Source: Planctomycetota bacterium
GTDB lineage: Bacteria > Planctomycetota > E44-bin39
NCBI GenBank assembly: GCA_004376375.1
Contig: SOJX01000023.1
Location: forward strand, 36,013-100,012
Length of the DNA: 64,000 nt
Direction: 5' to 3'
Below the pieces are notes generated by a model. That model saw only the letters and a program-made list of their open reading frames with translations, was not told the origin of the DNA and did no database searches. Below, piece by piece: positions 45,198 through 54,159 of this stretch. Every line of letters begins with the position of its first letter. Position 1 is the first letter of the stretch. Both the position numbers and the translations under genes were made by a program.

Positions 45198-45405
45198 CGG
45201 CCGCGCTTGCGCGGCGCTGAATAAAAAAAGGAAAACAAGGGAACAAGAAAACAAGGAAACAAGGAAGAAAGGAATAAGGAAATGGTAGGACAGACATTCC
45301 TGTCTGTCCATAAGATAACGCGCGAAGCTCCTTAACCCTTGTTGCCTTGTCAACCTGTTACCTTGTCACTTCCCCAGTCAACGCGCCGCAAGCGGCGCCG
45401 CTAAC
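45193..45405. repeat. composite nested palindromic element with no gene inside
   Basis: GTTAGCGGCCGCGCTTGCGCGGCGCTGAA (45193-45221) and its inverted copy (45378-45405) bracket the AACAAGG array (45225-45285), the GGACAGACATTCCTGTCTGTCC palindrome (45289-45310), TAACGCGCGAAGCTC (45316-45330) and the CCTTGTT array (45335-45370). Confidence 0.85.
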
Positions 45406-45426
45406 AAATAAACGCAAAGGGTTTTT

Positions 45427-45933
45427 ATGTTCGACTTCATACGACAATGGAGCTACCGCAGGAAGTTCCACAAGATCGGGCCGGGATCACGATTCAAAGG
45501 AAAAGTTAAAATGCAGGGCACGGGCAAGGTGATCTGCGGCAAGGACTGCCGTTTCGGAGGCCCTGTCACGTTCAAAACGACGCGCAACGGCGTTATCGAG
45601 ATCGGGGACGACAGCCTGTTCTCACCCGCGGTATTCATCGCCGCTGACGAGTCGATTATTATCGAAAAGTACGGCATGATAGGTCCCTACGTGCACATTT
45701 TCGATTCCGACCACGGCATCGGCCGCGACACCCACGTCCGCTGGCAGCCGGTGCACTCGGACCCCGTACGAATATGCGAAGGTGCATGGCTTTGCGCCGG
45801 CGTCATCGTTACCAAAGGCGTTACGATAGGCAAGGGCGCGATAATCGCCGCGGGCGCGGTCGTTACAAAGGATATCCCGGAATGGGCGATTGCAGTCGGA
45901 ATCCCGGCCAGGGTCATAAGATACCGTGAGTGA
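45427..45933 (+). CDS. hexapeptide-repeat acetyltransferase
   Basis: Left-handed beta-helix repeats ([17 protein letters not shown]). Confidence 0.8.
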   Translation: MFDFIRQWSYRRKFHKIGPGSRFKGKVKMQGTGKVICGKDCRFGGPVTFKTTRNGVIEIGDDSLFSPAVFIAADESIIIEKYGMIGPYVHIFDSDHGIGRDTHVRWQPVHSDPVRICEGAWLCAGVIVTKGVTIGKGAIIAAGAVVTKDIPEWAIAVGIPARVIRYRE

Positions 45934-47575
45934 TGACCGAAAGGCATTCACAGCAATCATGATTGCCGGCGCCGCCATCCGGGTGGTCATTGTCGTTCTC
46001 CCCTTTCACTACCTTATGCAGATTTTCCTCCCGGACGACGCTTACTACTATTTCGATATTGCACAAAACATCGCGGCCGGTAACGGCATCACATACGACG
46101 GGCTCGGGCCGACAAACGGGTTCCACCCCTTATGGCTTGCGATACTCGTACCAGTATTCGGAATTCTGCCAAAGCTCGCGGCGGTCCGGGTGGCGGTCGG
46201 GCTCTCGGCTCTGATCGACGTCTTCAACATAGCTCTCGTCGGACGCGCCGCCCGTCAGATAACCGGCAAACCCGCCGCCGCGAATATCGCGGCGTTTATC
46301 TACGCGATAAACGTACCGGTTATTCTGATAGTGATTAATGCGATGGAAAGCGCGCTCCTTGTCGCGTTCATGCTCGGCCTGCTCATCGCCTACCTGGCGT
46401 GGCGGGGGAACTGGACCCTGAAGCGTGCCGTTATCTTCGGGCTGATCGGAGGCGGGCTCATCCTCTCCCGCACGGACGGCGCGATATTCTTCGCAATCGT
46501 CCTGCTGGCCATCCTGATAAGGGAATCCGGGAAGAACCGGATTATGATTCCGGTCATCTCGGGCGTGCTTGCAACTGCCATCGTTGCGCCGTTTCTTATC
46601 TGGAACACGGTAAAGTTCGGAAGCCCGATGCAGGTCTCCGGCAAGGCAATACCGCTCGCCGTACACAGGGAACATAAAGTCCGTTCTGCAGAGCTCGCCG
46701 TACACAGGGAATTTGGTGTCCATCCTACAGAGCCCGGCGTGAAAGTAAGAAGCCCGATCTCCGAGGGAATAAAAAAGGCGCGCAACGCGTTCTTCTCGAA
46801 GATGTTCAGCCTGACCGGCCTGCGCAGGGGCGGCATCTGGCTTTCCGGAGTACTCTTAATCTTTTTTCTGATCATATATATTGTCCAGAAACGCGGAGGC
46901 AACCCTGAACCGACGCCATATTTCAGACACATTGCCGCACTCGGCCTTCCCATGCTCTTCATGCTGCTGCTGGCGGTGATTCACGGCGGTCTAAGATGGT
47001 TTATCATGACGTGGTACTTCGCGGGCGCGGCCGCGATATGGGCGATGTTCCTGGGAATCTCCGCCTACAACCTCCTGTATATAAAAGGCGAACCGCCGCG
47101 CTGGGCGGGGATCATCGCAAGCGTAATAATCGCCCTTCTCCCCGTCGTCGGGCTCGCGGCAAACCCGCCGAAGCTTATAGATGAAAATCCATCCTACGTG
47201 TTTCACAAATTCGTCAGAATACATGTGGACGACGTGCTTCGATCCCGCGACATTCCACCCGATACTCTCATCGGCGCGTTCAACAGCGGTATATTCCGCT
47301 TTTATTCCGATTACTCGTGCGTCAATCTCGACGGCGTGGTAAGCTACAACGCCTTTCGCGCCATTGAAAACAGGACTCTTGACAAGTACATCCGCGACAA
47401 CGAGATTAAATACATAGTCGACCGTAGTATAGATTTCGACCGTTACCGGGACGCGGCCGGTTTGAACATGAAAAGACTGAGGATGGTGCGTGAAATAGAA
47501 GTCGCCGAGAAACGAGACCACTGGACCAGGGAGATTATAAAGGTGAAGCTGGTGCTTTACGAGGTACTGCCGTGA
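45926..47575 (+). CDS. GT-C-fold membrane glycosyltransferase (DDAYYY-motif family)
   Basis: Polytopic membrane protein with a first-loop DDAYYYF motif typical of GT-C enzymes. Internal 17-bp direct repeat at 46650-46700. Confidence 0.6.
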   Translation: MSDDRKAFTAIMIAGAAIRVVIVVLPFHYLMQIFLPDDAYYYFDIAQNIAAGNGITYDGLGPTNGFHPLWLAILVPVFGILPKLAAVRVAVGLSALIDVFNIALVGRAARQITGKPAAANIAAFIYAINVPVILIVINAMESALLVAFMLGLLIAYLAWRGNWTLKRAVIFGLIGGGLILSRTDGAIFFAIVLLAILIRESGKNRIMIPVISGVLATAIVAPFLIWNTVKFGSPMQVSGKAIPLAVHREHKVRSAELAVHREFGVHPTEPGVKVRSPISEGIKKARNAFFSKMFSLTGLRRGGIWLSGVLLIFFLIIYIVQKRGGNPEPTPYFRHIAALGLPMLFMLLLAVIHGGLRWFIMTWYFAGAAAIWAMFLGISAYNLLYIKGEPPRWAGIIASVIIALLPVVGLAANPPKLIDENPSYVFHKFVRIHVDDVLRSRDIPPDTLIGAFNSGIFRFYSDYSCVNLDGVVSYNAFRAIENRTLDKYIRDNEIKYIVDRSIDFDRYRDAAGLNMKRLRMVREIEVAEKRDHWTREIIKVKLVLYEVLP

Positions 47576-48459
47576 GCGGGGAGTTCCTGAAAATCAGGGC
47601 AGGGAAGATGCGCGGATACCTGAATCCGGATTACGATTCGGATGATGTCCGCGAATTCCTCAAAAACCCCGACCGCGCGCTCGTGCGGGGCGCGGAGCTT
47701 CTGAAAGATTCTCCGACAACGACGGCGGCTTTCGTGAAAGTCGGCGTCGGCGGGACGGAGAAGGAATTCCACCTCAAGCGCGCAAACAACAAGGGGTTCC
47801 TCTACTCGCTTGAAAGTCTTGCGAAGAAATCCCGCCCCCTCAGGACGTATAAGAACATCATGAGACTCATGGCCGCGGACATCCCGACCCCGACCCCGGT
47901 CGCAGCGGTCGAGGAAAGGCGCTTTGGAATTCTGAAGCGCAGCTTCCTGATTACCGAGCGCATCACGGGCGGCGCGAACTTCTACTACTGGCTGAAGGCA
48001 AACTTCCGCAACCTGCCCGAGCTGGACAGAATCGCGACGACAAAAGGCTTCGCAGCCTTTGTCCGCAAAATCCACCTCGCCGGAATAACGCACGGCGACC
48101 TGAAATGCTCGAACGTTATTATCCTGCCGGAAGAGCGGCCGTTCAGGTTTTTCATAACCGACCTCGATGCGACACGTTTTTCCAAGAACGGCTGGCCGCT
48201 CGAAGCGGCCGTCACGGAGATCGCCCGGCTCTCGCTTTCGGCTTATGACACGGTTGACGCTGAAGACCGGGAGCGGTTTCTGAAATCGTATTTCGACGAC
48301 GCCTGCGACGCCGACGGGTGGGGCGAGAAAAACCGCTTCCGCCGAATGGCCGCGATTGTCATGAAAAAACACCTTGCACGCCAGCGGCGAAAGAAAAAGT
48401 ATCCCGAAGAATACTTCACCTACTTCGAAACCGGAGCGGGAAAGTGCCCGAGCGACTGA
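47572..48459 (+). CDS. lipopolysaccharide kinase (Kdo/WaaP) family protein
   Basis: Kinase catalytic loop HGDLKCSNVII and a DLD metal-binding region. Confidence 0.7.
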   Translation: MSGEFLKIRAGKMRGYLNPDYDSDDVREFLKNPDRALVRGAELLKDSPTTTAAFVKVGVGGTEKEFHLKRANNKGFLYSLESLAKKSRPLRTYKNIMRLMAADIPTPTPVAAVEERRFGILKRSFLITERITGGANFYYWLKANFRNLPELDRIATTKGFAAFVRKIHLAGITHGDLKCSNVIILPEERPFRFFITDLDATRFSKNGWPLEAAVTEIARLSLSAYDTVDAEDRERFLKSYFDDACDADGWGEKNRFRRMAAIVMKKHLARQRRKKKYPEEYFTYFETGAGKCPSD

Positions 48460-49118
48460 CACGCCGAAACCTCGAAGACCACGTCGAGCGCGTGCTCTGG
48501 AAAGGGCACGGGAGCCGCGCCGACGTGAAGCTCCTCAGGCTCGACGGCGTGCCGTACGTTGTGAAGGACTTCGCGGGCAAGCCGTGGTACACGACGGCGT
48601 TCCTCGGCCCGTGGCTTGTCTCGCGCGAATGCAGGATATACGGCGCGCTTTCCGGCGTCGAGGGCGTGCCGACGCTTATACGAAAAATCGACAGGCTCGC
48701 ATACGTCCTTCAGTACGTTGAAGGCATGCCGCTCAAGGAACACCGCTGGGCCGGACTGCTGCCCGACGAGCTCTACTTCTCTATCGAACGCACCGTGCGC
48801 GAACTCCACCGCCGCGGAGTCGTCCATTTCGACCTGCGCCAGAGACGTAATTACGTCGTAAGCGACGACGCCCGCCGCGCGTACCTTCTGGACTTCGGAA
48901 CAAGCGTGTACTTCGGCAAGAGCGGCATCGCCCGCGACATACTCGTGCCGATGTTCAAAGGCTCGGACCTGGGCGGGCTTCTGAAAATCAAGTGGCGGCT
49001 GTGGCCGCACCTCCTGACGGATGAGGACCGAAGGCAGATCAACCGCAAAAACTTCTGGCGGAAATTCTGGTTTTTCACCCCCACGAGAGAAGACGAATGG
49101 CACACGGCACCAAAGTAA
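48444..49118 (+). CDS. lipopolysaccharide kinase (Kdo/WaaP) family protein, second paralog
   Basis: VHFDLRQRRNYVV catalytic-loop-like segment and a DFG equivalent. Start set at an in-frame GTG overlapping the upstream stop. The track start at 48318 overlaps the previous gene. Confidence 0.6.
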   Translation: MPERLTRRNLEDHVERVLWKGHGSRADVKLLRLDGVPYVVKDFAGKPWYTTAFLGPWLVSRECRIYGALSGVEGVPTLIRKIDRLAYVLQYVEGMPLKEHRWAGLLPDELYFSIERTVRELHRRGVVHFDLRQRRNYVVSDDARRAYLLDFGTSVYFGKSGIARDILVPMFKGSDLGGLLKIKWRLWPHLLTDEDRRQINRKNFWRKFWFFTPTREDEWHTAPK

Positions 49119-49708
49119 TCTATTACGCCCGCAAGCTCGGCGTGTACATTATCATGCTCGTCCTGCTCGCGCTTGCGGTTTTCCAGACGCCGCGCATCGA
49201 CAGCTTCATCGTCGGCGCGGTACTGGCCGCCGTCGGGCTTGCCCTGCGCGTGTGGGCGTGCGGACACCTTTATAAAAACGAAAAACTCGCCTGCACGGGA
49301 CCGTACGCGCACCTGAAGCACCCGCTTTACCTGGGAACTTTTTTCATCGTCTTCGGCCTGCTCTCGCCGATGTTTTTCCATTTCGAAATGACTGCCGACA
49401 ACTTCTTCAAGTTTCCAACCTTCTACCTGGCGATTTTCTGCATCCTGGTTCTTATTATCGTCTACCTGCCCCGTAAGGCGCGCGACGAGCATGAGCGGCT
49501 TGTCAAGCGGTTCGGTGAGCCCTACGTCAAGTGGGACGAAAACGTGCCCAACTACTTCCCCCGCCTGCGCGGTTACGACATGGGCGACAAGGCGCGCTTC
49601 TCGTTCTCACAGATGTTTGTCAACAGCGAGCACTTGACCGTAGCCGCCGTCACGGTCGGATTTATCGTTATTGCCTTCCGCTGGTGGCAAGCACTTTTTA
49701 AGGGATAA
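49097..49708 (+). CDS. isoprenylcysteine carboxyl methyltransferase (ICMT/PEMT) family membrane methyltransferase
   Basis: Multi-TM protein with the C-terminal ICMT-like motif region (HLYKNEKLACTGPYAHLKHPLYLG). Confidence 0.65.
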   Translation: MAHGTKVIYYARKLGVYIIMLVLLALAVFQTPRIDSFIVGAVLAAVGLALRVWACGHLYKNEKLACTGPYAHLKHPLYLGTFFIVFGLLSPMFFHFEMTADNFFKFPTFYLAIFCILVLIIVYLPRKARDEHERLVKRFGEPYVKWDENVPNYFPRLRGYDMGDKARFSFSQMFVNSEHLTVAAVTVGFIVIAFRWWQALFKG

Positions 49709-49888
49709 GGGATAGGGGATAAGGGATAAGGGACAAGTAATAACGAGCTTCGCGCGTTATTAAACAGAAATTCTTCCATATATACACATTCCTGAATTGC
49801 CAAAACAGATACCCGCTACTGAGATTAGGTATTTTATCGGGTATTATATGCCGTTATCGCATTTTTTAGGCAATTATTCATTTTCCAT

Positions 49889-49916
49889 TTGACAATATCT
49901 CAATTATGCGTATAAT
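49889..49916 (+). promoter_or_regulatory. sigma-70-like promoter upstream of the first YfbK-like VWA gene (TTGACA-16-TATAAT)
   Basis: Sits in a 260-bp AT-rich intergenic region. Confidence 0.5.
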
Positions 49917-49971
49917 CCTGATAGAAAGCCTGCGATGTTCAAATTATCGAATTCAAAAAAGGAGAAGTGTT

Positions 49972-51945
49972 ATGACAGCAGGAAAAAAGGAAATCGAGAG
50001 CATTTTCAACAGTAAAGGGAAGCGCAGGTGGATTGGATCATCAGGTGTTTTTCTTTTCTCCATCGGGTTTCACGCCCTTGTTTTGCTCGTCGCAGCGGGA
50101 ATCACGTTCTGCCTGGCGGTGAAGAAAAAGGATATAACTTTTTCTATCAAACGTGAAACCAAGGTGCAGGAGTACGACCCCGAACTCGTGCGCGATATTT
50201 TCAAAAGGCCGAGAGTCCTCGCCGACAGGATTGTAGAAAGACCGATCATAATGCTTGAAGATGAAATCGAAATCACAAAAGACATCCCGCTTGGGACCAG
50301 CTTCGACAGCCTGTCCAACAAACACCTTGAATCCGACTCGATTATCGATGCTTATGGAAGCATCGGCGGCGCTTCCGGCGCCTACGGAGAAAAGGCGCCT
50401 GGCGGAAGTAGTTATTGCATGTGCTGGGGTGCTTGCGGCAGTTGTTCAGCAGAATCAGCCAAAACGCCTGAGGAAAAAGGTCCGCACGCGATTTTCTATC
50501 TGGACAACGGGGAGAATCCGTTCATCGACGCGAGCTGGGACCGCCTCTCCACCTTCGCCATAGACGTTGACACGGCGTCATACACGATAGCGAGAGACTA
50601 TATTAAGAAAGGCGAACTCCCGCCGAAAAAAACCGTCCGCATCGAAGAATTCATTAACTACATGAATTACGAATACACATCCCCCTGGAACAATAATTTT
50701 GCCATCCACCTCGAAGCCGCGCCGTCGAAGTTCGGGAGGGAAGATGCGCACAAACTCCTCAGGGTTGCCATCAAGGGAATGGACCTGACTTCGAGCGAGC
50801 GCAAACCGGCTGTGCTTACGTTCGTCATCGACGTATCGCAGTCGATGAGCGAGGAAAACCGGCTGGTGCTTGTCAAGAAATCGCTCAAACTTCTTCTGGA
50901 CCAGTTGATGGACGGCGACAAGGTCGGGATTGTTATTTACAGCACCGAGGCGACACTTATTACGGAACCGCTTCCGATATCCGAGCGCGAGAAGCTTGTG
51001 AGCGCGATCGAGAGCCTCCAGATCGACTACTGGACCAACCTCGATGCCGGGCTGATGCTGGGTTACGAAATCGCGGAAAGGCATTTCCAGAGGCATGCGA
51101 CCAACCGCATAATCCTCTGCTCCGACGGTGTGCCCACCAGGGGGGAAACTTCTGCGGAAAAAATCCTGGAGAAGGCGAAAAAGTATATCGAAAAAGGAAT
51201 CAACATCTCAACCATAGGTATCGGGACGGGCCACGACGACGAGTTTATGGAAAAACTTGCCGACAAGGGTAACGGAAACTACGTCTACCTGGATACCTGC
51301 AAAGAGGCAGAACGCCTCTTTGCCGACTGCGCGGTCGGCCTTCTGGAGGTTCTCGGCAGCGATATGAAAGTGCAGGTCGATTTCAATCCCGACGTTGTCG
51401 ACTCTTACCGCCTGCTCGGTTACGAGAACCGGAAGATCGCGGACAAGGATTTCAGGAACGATAAAGTCGACGCGGGCGAGATCGGGCCCGGGCATTCCGT
51501 TACCGCGCTCTACGAGCTGAAGCTGCATGACGACGTTGCGGAAGGCATCGTCGCCACCGTTTTCGTCCGCTACAAAGACCCCGAATACCAGGATGAGGTA
51601 AAGGAAATCAAGCAGAGTTTTCCGCTTGCGAGCATAAGGGAGACATTCGAAGACGCCTCGGCCGATTTCCGCCTCGCCGCGGCGACCGCCGAGCTCGCCG
51701 AGGTCCTGAAAGACAGCTTCTTCGCGCGGGAATCCGACCTCGAGCCGGTGGTGGAGCTCACCGAATACCTTGCACACGAGATGTACGACAGGGAAGACGT
51801 TCAGGACCTGGCCAAGCTTGTCAAGAAAGCAAGAGAGGTCCGGACGGATAAGGTTCAAAAGCGCGTCGCTCTTGAGAGAAGCGAAGATAACGTCAGCAGA
51901 ATACCACGCGACAAAAGCGCGATAATAGTCGGCATACCCCGATAA
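49972..51945 (+). CDS. von Willebrand factor A domain protein, YfbK-like (N-terminal TM, VWA, DUF3520-like C-terminus)
   Basis: MIDAS motif DVSQSMS, VWA fold, and a conserved C-terminal domain. Start at ATG 49972 downstream of a TTGACA-16-TATAAT promoter. Confidence 0.8.
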   Translation: MTAGKKEIESIFNSKGKRRWIGSSGVFLFSIGFHALVLLVAAGITFCLAVKKKDITFSIKRETKVQEYDPELVRDIFKRPRVLADRIVERPIIMLEDEIEITKDIPLGTSFDSLSNKHLESDSIIDAYGSIGGASGAYGEKAPGGSSYCMCWGACGSCSAESAKTPEEKGPHAIFYLDNGENPFIDASWDRLSTFAIDVDTASYTIARDYIKKGELPPKKTVRIEEFINYMNYEYTSPWNNNFAIHLEAAPSKFGREDAHKLLRVAIKGMDLTSSERKPAVLTFVIDVSQSMSEENRLVLVKKSLKLLLDQLMDGDKVGIVIYSTEATLITEPLPISEREKLVSAIESLQIDYWTNLDAGLMLGYEIAERHFQRHATNRIILCSDGVPTRGETSAEKILEKAKKYIEKGINISTIGIGTGHDDEFMEKLADKGNGNYVYLDTCKEAERLFADCAVGLLEVLGSDMKVQVDFNPDVVDSYRLLGYENRKIADKDFRNDKVDAGEIGPGHSVTALYELKLHDDVAEGIVATVFVRYKDPEYQDEVKEIKQSFPLASIRETFEDASADFRLAAATAELAEVLKDSFFARESDLEPVVELTEYLAHEMYDREDVQDLAKLVKKAREVRTDKVQKRVALERSEDNVSRIPRDKSAIIVGIPR

Positions 51946-52025
51946 TCAGCCGATTATCCGGCATACAGTCTATGCAGAACTGAAGATTGGACTCAGATTA
52001 TGTTGTTATAAAAAGGAGAAGTGTT

Positions 52026-54017
52026 GTGAAAGAAGGAAAAAGGGAAATTGAAACCAACGCTCTCAGTCAATGTATTCAAAACCGGCTTGGATCGTCGGGT
52101 ATATTCTTTTTCTCTCTCGGGCTCCATGGTTTTCTGATCCTCATTGCCACGGGAATCACTCTCTTTCTGGTTGAAAAGGAAAAAGACATAACACTGACGT
52201 TCAAACGCGAAGCCAGAGAAGAGCAATATGACCCAGAGATCGCGCGCTGGATTTTCAAAACGCCGAGAATCCTCGCAAACCGAATAATTGAAAAACCCAT
52301 ATTAATTTTCGAAGAAGAAGTCGAAATTTCAAGGGACATTACGCGAGGAACAAGTTTCGACAGTCTGGCAAATAAAAACATTAACGCCAGGTCAATTATT
52401 GACGCCTATGGAATGGGAGGAAAAGCAGCCGGCGTTTACGGCCAGCGCTGGGGTAAAGGAGGCGTTATATTATGCGAAGGAGGGTCTCCCGGCAGCTGCG
52501 CATGCTGCATAGGCGGTTGCACGGGTTCACTCGCGCATCCTGAAGACGAAGGGCGAAGCGCCATATTCTTTCTCGACAGCGGCGAAAACCCGTTTATCGA
52601 TACCAGTTGGGACCACCTCTCCACTTTCGCTATAGACGTCGACACTGCCTCATACACGATGGCGAGAAGCTATATTGAAAAAGGCGAACTCCCACCCAAG
52701 AAATCCATCCGCATTGAAGAGTTCATTAACTACATGAACTATGAATACACTTCTCCCTGGAGCGACGTGATAGCGATCCACCTCGAGGCCGCGCCTTCGA
52801 AATTCGGCAGGGAAGACGCGCACAAGCTGATGCGAGTCGCCGTAAAAGGGCTGGAGGCGAATATGGCTGACCGCCGGAACGCTGTTCTCACATATGTTAT
52901 TGACATTTCCGGCTCAATGTCCAGCGCAAACCGCCTGCCGTTAGTAAAGAAATCGCTCAAGCTGCTTCTTGAGCAGTTGACGGACGGCGACAAGGTCGGA
53001 ATTATCGTATACAGTGACGATGCAAAAGTCGTCACCGAACCGCTGCCGATAGCGGAACGCGAGAAGCTAATCAAAACCATCGACAGCCTCGAGACTGAAG
53101 GGTCTACCAACGTAGAGGCTGGGTTGATGCTTGGTTATGAAATGGCGGACAGGCATTTCCGGAAACATGCAATAAACCGCATTATTCTGTGCTCCGACGG
53201 CATCGCCAACACGGGGGAAACGTCTGCGGAAAAAATCCTCCAAAAGGTGAAAACCTACAAGGAGAAAGGCATCTATATTTCAACAATAGGTTTTGGCATC
53301 GATCATAACGACGATCTGATGGAAAAACTGGCTGACAAGGCAGACGGTGTTTACGCGTATATCGATACACCGGACGAGGCAACACGCCTTTTCGTTAACA
53401 ATACAATGGGCATTATGGGCGTCCTCGCGAAGGACATGAAAGTGCAGGTGGACTTCAATCCCGACGTTGTCGACTCTTACCGCCTGCTCGGTTACGAGAA
53501 CCGGAAGATCGCGGACAAGGATTTCAGGAACGATAAAGTCGACGCGGGCGAGATCGGGCCCGGGCATTCCGTTACCGCGCTCTACGAGCTGAAGCTGCAT
53601 GACGACGTTGCGGAAGGCATCGTCGCCACCGTTTTCGTCCGCTACAAAGACCCCGAATACCAGGATGAGGTAAAGGAAATCAAGCAGAGTTTTCCGCTTG
53701 CGAGCATAAGGGAGACATTCGAAGACGCCTCGGCCGATTTCCGCCTCGCCGCGGCGACCGCCGAGCTCGCCGAGGTTCTGAAGGACAGCTTCTTCGCGCG
53801 GGAATCCGATCTCGAGCCTGTGGTGGAGCTTACCGAATACCTTGCACACGAGATGTACGACCGGGAAGAAGTCAAGGAGCTTGCCGGGTTGGTAAAGAAA
53901 GCAAGGAATATCCGGCAGAAGACCATGCAAAAGCGCGTCGCTCTTGAGAGAAGCGAAGACAACGTCAGCAGAATACCGCGCGACAAAAGCGCGGTCATAG
54001 TCGGCCTGCCGAGATAA
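52026..54017 (+). CDS. von Willebrand factor A domain protein, YfbK-like, tandem paralog
   Basis: MIDAS DISGSMS. The C-terminal roughly 175 codons are nearly identical at the DNA level to the upstream paralog (53448-53773 matches 51375-51700). GTG start at 52026. Confidence 0.8.
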   Translation: MKEGKREIETNALSQCIQNRLGSSGIFFFSLGLHGFLILIATGITLFLVEKEKDITLTFKREAREEQYDPEIARWIFKTPRILANRIIEKPILIFEEEVEISRDITRGTSFDSLANKNINARSIIDAYGMGGKAAGVYGQRWGKGGVILCEGGSPGSCACCIGGCTGSLAHPEDEGRSAIFFLDSGENPFIDTSWDHLSTFAIDVDTASYTMARSYIEKGELPPKKSIRIEEFINYMNYEYTSPWSDVIAIHLEAAPSKFGREDAHKLMRVAVKGLEANMADRRNAVLTYVIDISGSMSSANRLPLVKKSLKLLLEQLTDGDKVGIIVYSDDAKVVTEPLPIAEREKLIKTIDSLETEGSTNVEAGLMLGYEMADRHFRKHAINRIILCSDGIANTGETSAEKILQKVKTYKEKGIYISTIGFGIDHNDDLMEKLADKADGVYAYIDTPDEATRLFVNNTMGIMGVLAKDMKVQVDFNPDVVDSYRLLGYENRKIADKDFRNDKVDAGEIGPGHSVTALYELKLHDDVAEGIVATVFVRYKDPEYQDEVKEIKQSFPLASIRETFEDASADFRLAAATAELAEVLKDSFFARESDLEPVVELTEYLAHEMYDREEVKELAGLVKKARNIRQKTMQKRVALERSEDNVSRIPRDKSAVIVGLPR

Positions 54018-54159
54018 AGTATGAAGTATAAAGTATGAAGGATGAAAACAAGAAATACTGAAGTCATTTTGACTTCGGATTGCGGATTGAGAATTAATGT
54101 CAACAGGGGCGCGGCACGCCGCGCCCCTGCAATCCTATTTGTCAATTAATGGACAGCAG

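Noticed and set aside
48318-48443. Upstream start of the second Kdo-kinase-family ORF
   Set aside because: It would overlap the preceding kinase gene by 140 nt in another frame. An in-frame GTG at 48444 overlapping the upstream stop gives a conventional coupled arrangement.
49906-49971. Upstream start of the first VWA gene ORF and the ORF at 96-419
   Set aside because: The 49906 start lies inside the TTGACA-16-TATAAT promoter. ATG 49972 has a strong AAAAAGGAGAAG RBS. ORF 96-419 runs through repeat arrays, antisense to 221-442, and has no family features.
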